Positions 62,023 through 64,000 of a stretch of 64,000 nt of DNA are shown here, in pieces. How positions within the stretch are numbered: the first letter of the stretch is position 1; every line of letters begins with the position of its first letter. A program made the translations under genes and the position numbers. Below the pieces are notes generated by a model. That model was not told the origin of the DNA. It worked only from the letters and a program-made list of their open reading frames with translations, and did not search any database. Origin of the DNA: an uncultured Actinomycetes bacterium (GTDB lineage: Bacteria; Actinomycetota; UBA4738; HRBIN12); contig OY969934.1 of assembly GCA_963704725.1 (NCBI GenBank), positions 2,208,001-2,272,000 of the forward strand. The letters run 5' to 3'.

Positions 62023-64000
62023 TCAGGCCCCCGGCTCGCGCCGCGGCCGGTCGCGGTCGCGCGGCGGCCGCCGGTCGCGGTCGCGCGAAGGCCGGCGGTC
62101 GCGGTCGCCGCGATCCCGCCTCGGCGGCCGGTCCTCCGAGACCTCGGGCTCCATCCCCTCCGGGATGGCCCACTGCTCGCCGATCGGCTTGAGCGAGATC
62201 TTCCCGCGGTCGTCGATGTCCTGGACCTCGACCTCGATCTCGTCGCCGACCTTCACGGCGTCCTCGACGCTGGCGAGCCGCTTTCCCCGCCCGAGCTTGG
62301 AGATGTGGATCAGGCCGTCGCGACCCGGCACGAGATTCACGAACGCACCGAACGTCGTGGTGTTGACGACGGTCCCCATGAAGTGCTCCCCCACCGTGAT
62401 CGGCCGCGGGTTGGCGATCTCGTCGATGATCCGGGCGGCCTCGTCGGCGCCGGCGCCCTCGCGGGCCCCGATGAAGACGGTGCCGTCGTCCTGGATGTCG
62501 ATGTCGGCCCCGGTCATGGCCACGATCTCGTTGATCTTCTTGCCCTTGGGCCCGATCACCTCGCCGATCTTGTCCACGGGGATCTTCAGCGTGAGGATCC
62601 TCGGCGCCTTCGGGTTGACCTCGGTGCGCGGCGTCGGGATCGCCTGGAGCATCACGTCGAGGATCTTCTGGCGGGCCTCCTTGGCCTGCTCCAGCGCGCC
62701 GGCCAGCACGTGGCCCGGAAGGCCGGTGACCTTCATGTCGAGCTGGATCGCCGTGACGAAGTCCTTCGTGCCGGCGACCTTGAAGTCCATGTCGCCGAGC
62801 GCGTCCTCCGCGCCCAGGATGTCCGTGAGCGTCACGAACGTGCCGCCCTCGGCGATCATGCCCATGGCGATCCCGGCCACCGGCGCCTTGATCGGCACGC
62901 CGGCGTCCATCAGCGAGAGCGTCGAGGAGCACACGCTCGCCATCGACGTCGAGCCGTTGGATCCGAGCACGTCGGAGACGAGACGGAGCGCGTAGGGGAA
63001 CTCGTCCTCCGGCGGGATCACCGGCACGAGGGCCCGCTCGGCGAGCGCCCCATGGCCGATCTCACGACGGCGGGGCGATCCGATCCGGCCCACCTCCCCC
63101 GTCGAGAACGGCGGGAAGTTGTAGTGGTGGATGTACCGTTTGGACTCCTCGGGATCGAGCGTGTCGATCATCTGCGTCATCCGCAGCATGCCGAGGGTCG
63201 TCACGTTCAGGACCTGCGTGTCGCCGCGCTGGAACAGGCTCGAGCCGTGGGCGCGGGGCACGAGGCCGATCTCGGCCGAGAGCTGGCGGATGTCCCGCGG
63301 CCCCCGCCCGTCGAGGCGGACGCCGTGCTCGATGACCCGGGCGCGCATGACCTTCTTCTGCAGGGCCTTCCACGCGGGCGAGATCTCCGACTGGCGCTGG
63401 GCGAACGTCTCCTCGCCCCACACGCCGAGCAGGTGCGCCTTGAGCTCGTCCTTGATCTGGTCGAACGCGCTCTCCCGCTCCTGCCGGTCCGGCACGATGG
63501 CGGTCTCCACACGCTCCTTGGCGAAGGACTCGACGATCGACCACGTGTCGTCGCCGTAGAGCGGCACCGGCTCGAACGGCCTGGGCTTGACGTCGGCCAT
63601 GGCGATGAACTCGAGCTGGAAGTCGATCAGCTCGTCGATCGCCCGCTTGGCGGCGTCGAGGCCCTGGGCCACGATCTCCTCCGTGGGAGCGACCGCACCC
63701 TCGGCCGCGCCGAGCAGCTGCCACGTGTTGTCGGGGGCCTCTCCCTCGATCATGAGGATGTCGACCTCGCCGGCGTCGTTGCGCCGGCCGGCGACGACGA
63801 TGTCGAACGTCGCCTCCTCGACCGCCTGGAACGTCGGGTTGATCGTCCAGGAGCCGTTGATCAGGCCCATCCGCACGGCGCCGACCGGGCCCTCGAACGG
63901 GATCCCGGAGAGCATCGTCGCCAGGCTCGCGCCGTTCATGCCGGGGATGTCGTACGGGTTGGCCATGTCGACCGACAGGACGGTGATCACGACCTGGACC
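62023..64000 (-). CDS. pnp: Polyribonucleotide nucleotidyltransferase (5' end outside the window)
   Basis: RRREIGHG, SNGSTSMAS, GDMDFKVAGT, KH domain VIGPKGK, S1 domain DGLIHISKL. Confidence 0.98.
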   Translation of the reverse strand, partial: VQVVITVLSVDMANPYDIPGMNGASLATMLSGIPFEGPVGAVRMGLINGSWTINPTFQAVEEATFDIVVAGRRNDAGEVDILMIEGEAPDNTWQLLGAAEGAVAPTEEIVAQGLDAAKRAIDELIDFQLEFIAMADVKPRPFEPVPLYGDDTWSIVESFAKERVETAIVPDRQERESAFDQIKDELKAHLLGVWGEETFAQRQSEISPAWKALQKKVMRARVIEHGVRLDGRGPRDIRQLSAEIGLVPRAHGSSLFQRGDTQVLNVTTLGMLRMTQMIDTLDPEESKRYIHHYNFPPFSTGEVGRIGSPRRREIGHGALAERALVPVIPPEDEFPYALRLVSDVLGSNGSTSMASVCSSTLSLMDAGVPIKAPVAGIAMGMIAEGGTFVTLTDILGAEDALGDMDFKVAGTKDFVTAIQLDMKVTGLPGHVLAGALEQAKEARQKILDVMLQAIPTPRTEVNPKAPRILTLKIPVDKIGEVIGPKGKKINEIVAMTGADIDIQDDGTVFIGAREGAGADEAARIIDEIANPRPITVGEHFMGTVVNTTTFGAFVNLVPGRDGLIHISKLGRGKRLASVEDAVKVGDEIEVEVQDIDDRGKISLKPIGEQWAIPEGMEPEVSEDRPPRRDRGDRDRRPSRDRDRRPPRDRDRPRREPGA

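Noticed and set aside
62035-62130. Tandem repeats at the pnp 3' end
   Set aside because: They encode an RDRDRRP low-complexity tail, common in PNPase C-termini.

Overview
High-GC bacterial DNA with the gene content of a probably deep-branching Actinomycetota. The right half (~29.4-64 kb) is a conserved core block, mostly on the minus strand: pnp, M16 peptidase, dapB, dapA, rnj, ftsK, rodZ-like, cinA, thpR, recA, recX, rny, miaB, miaA, dapF, LL-DAP aminotransferase, hflX, lexA with a divergent LysM gene, clpP, nrdR, nrdJ, dut and tRNA-Gly. The left ~28 kb lies between tRNA-Gly(GCC) and tRNA-Cys(GCA)/tRNA-Val(GAC), which are normally adjacent in actinobacteria. It holds accessory modules: a drug or DNA-damage resistance-like cluster, two ECF sigma factors, a two-component system with a GerMN lipoprotein, and an L-fuconate-type sugar catabolic cluster with a LarA-family racemase. 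No integrase, transposase or CRISPR array was seen. The strongest hidden signal is an AhpD/CMD-like gene split in the ORF track by an in-frame TGA at a CxxU position, followed by a SECIS-like hairpin (candidate selenoprotein). Other signals are an orphan clpP sharing twin operators with a divergent SRPBCC-ArsR pair, a DoxD-Rieske fusion with an internal twin-arginine motif, dual LexA and PafBC-type promoters at recA, a terminator-containing rny leader, and an unexplained 18-bp-phased repeat array that may encode a Cys-rich microprotein. All calls come from reading the sequence and recognising motifs; no searches were run.
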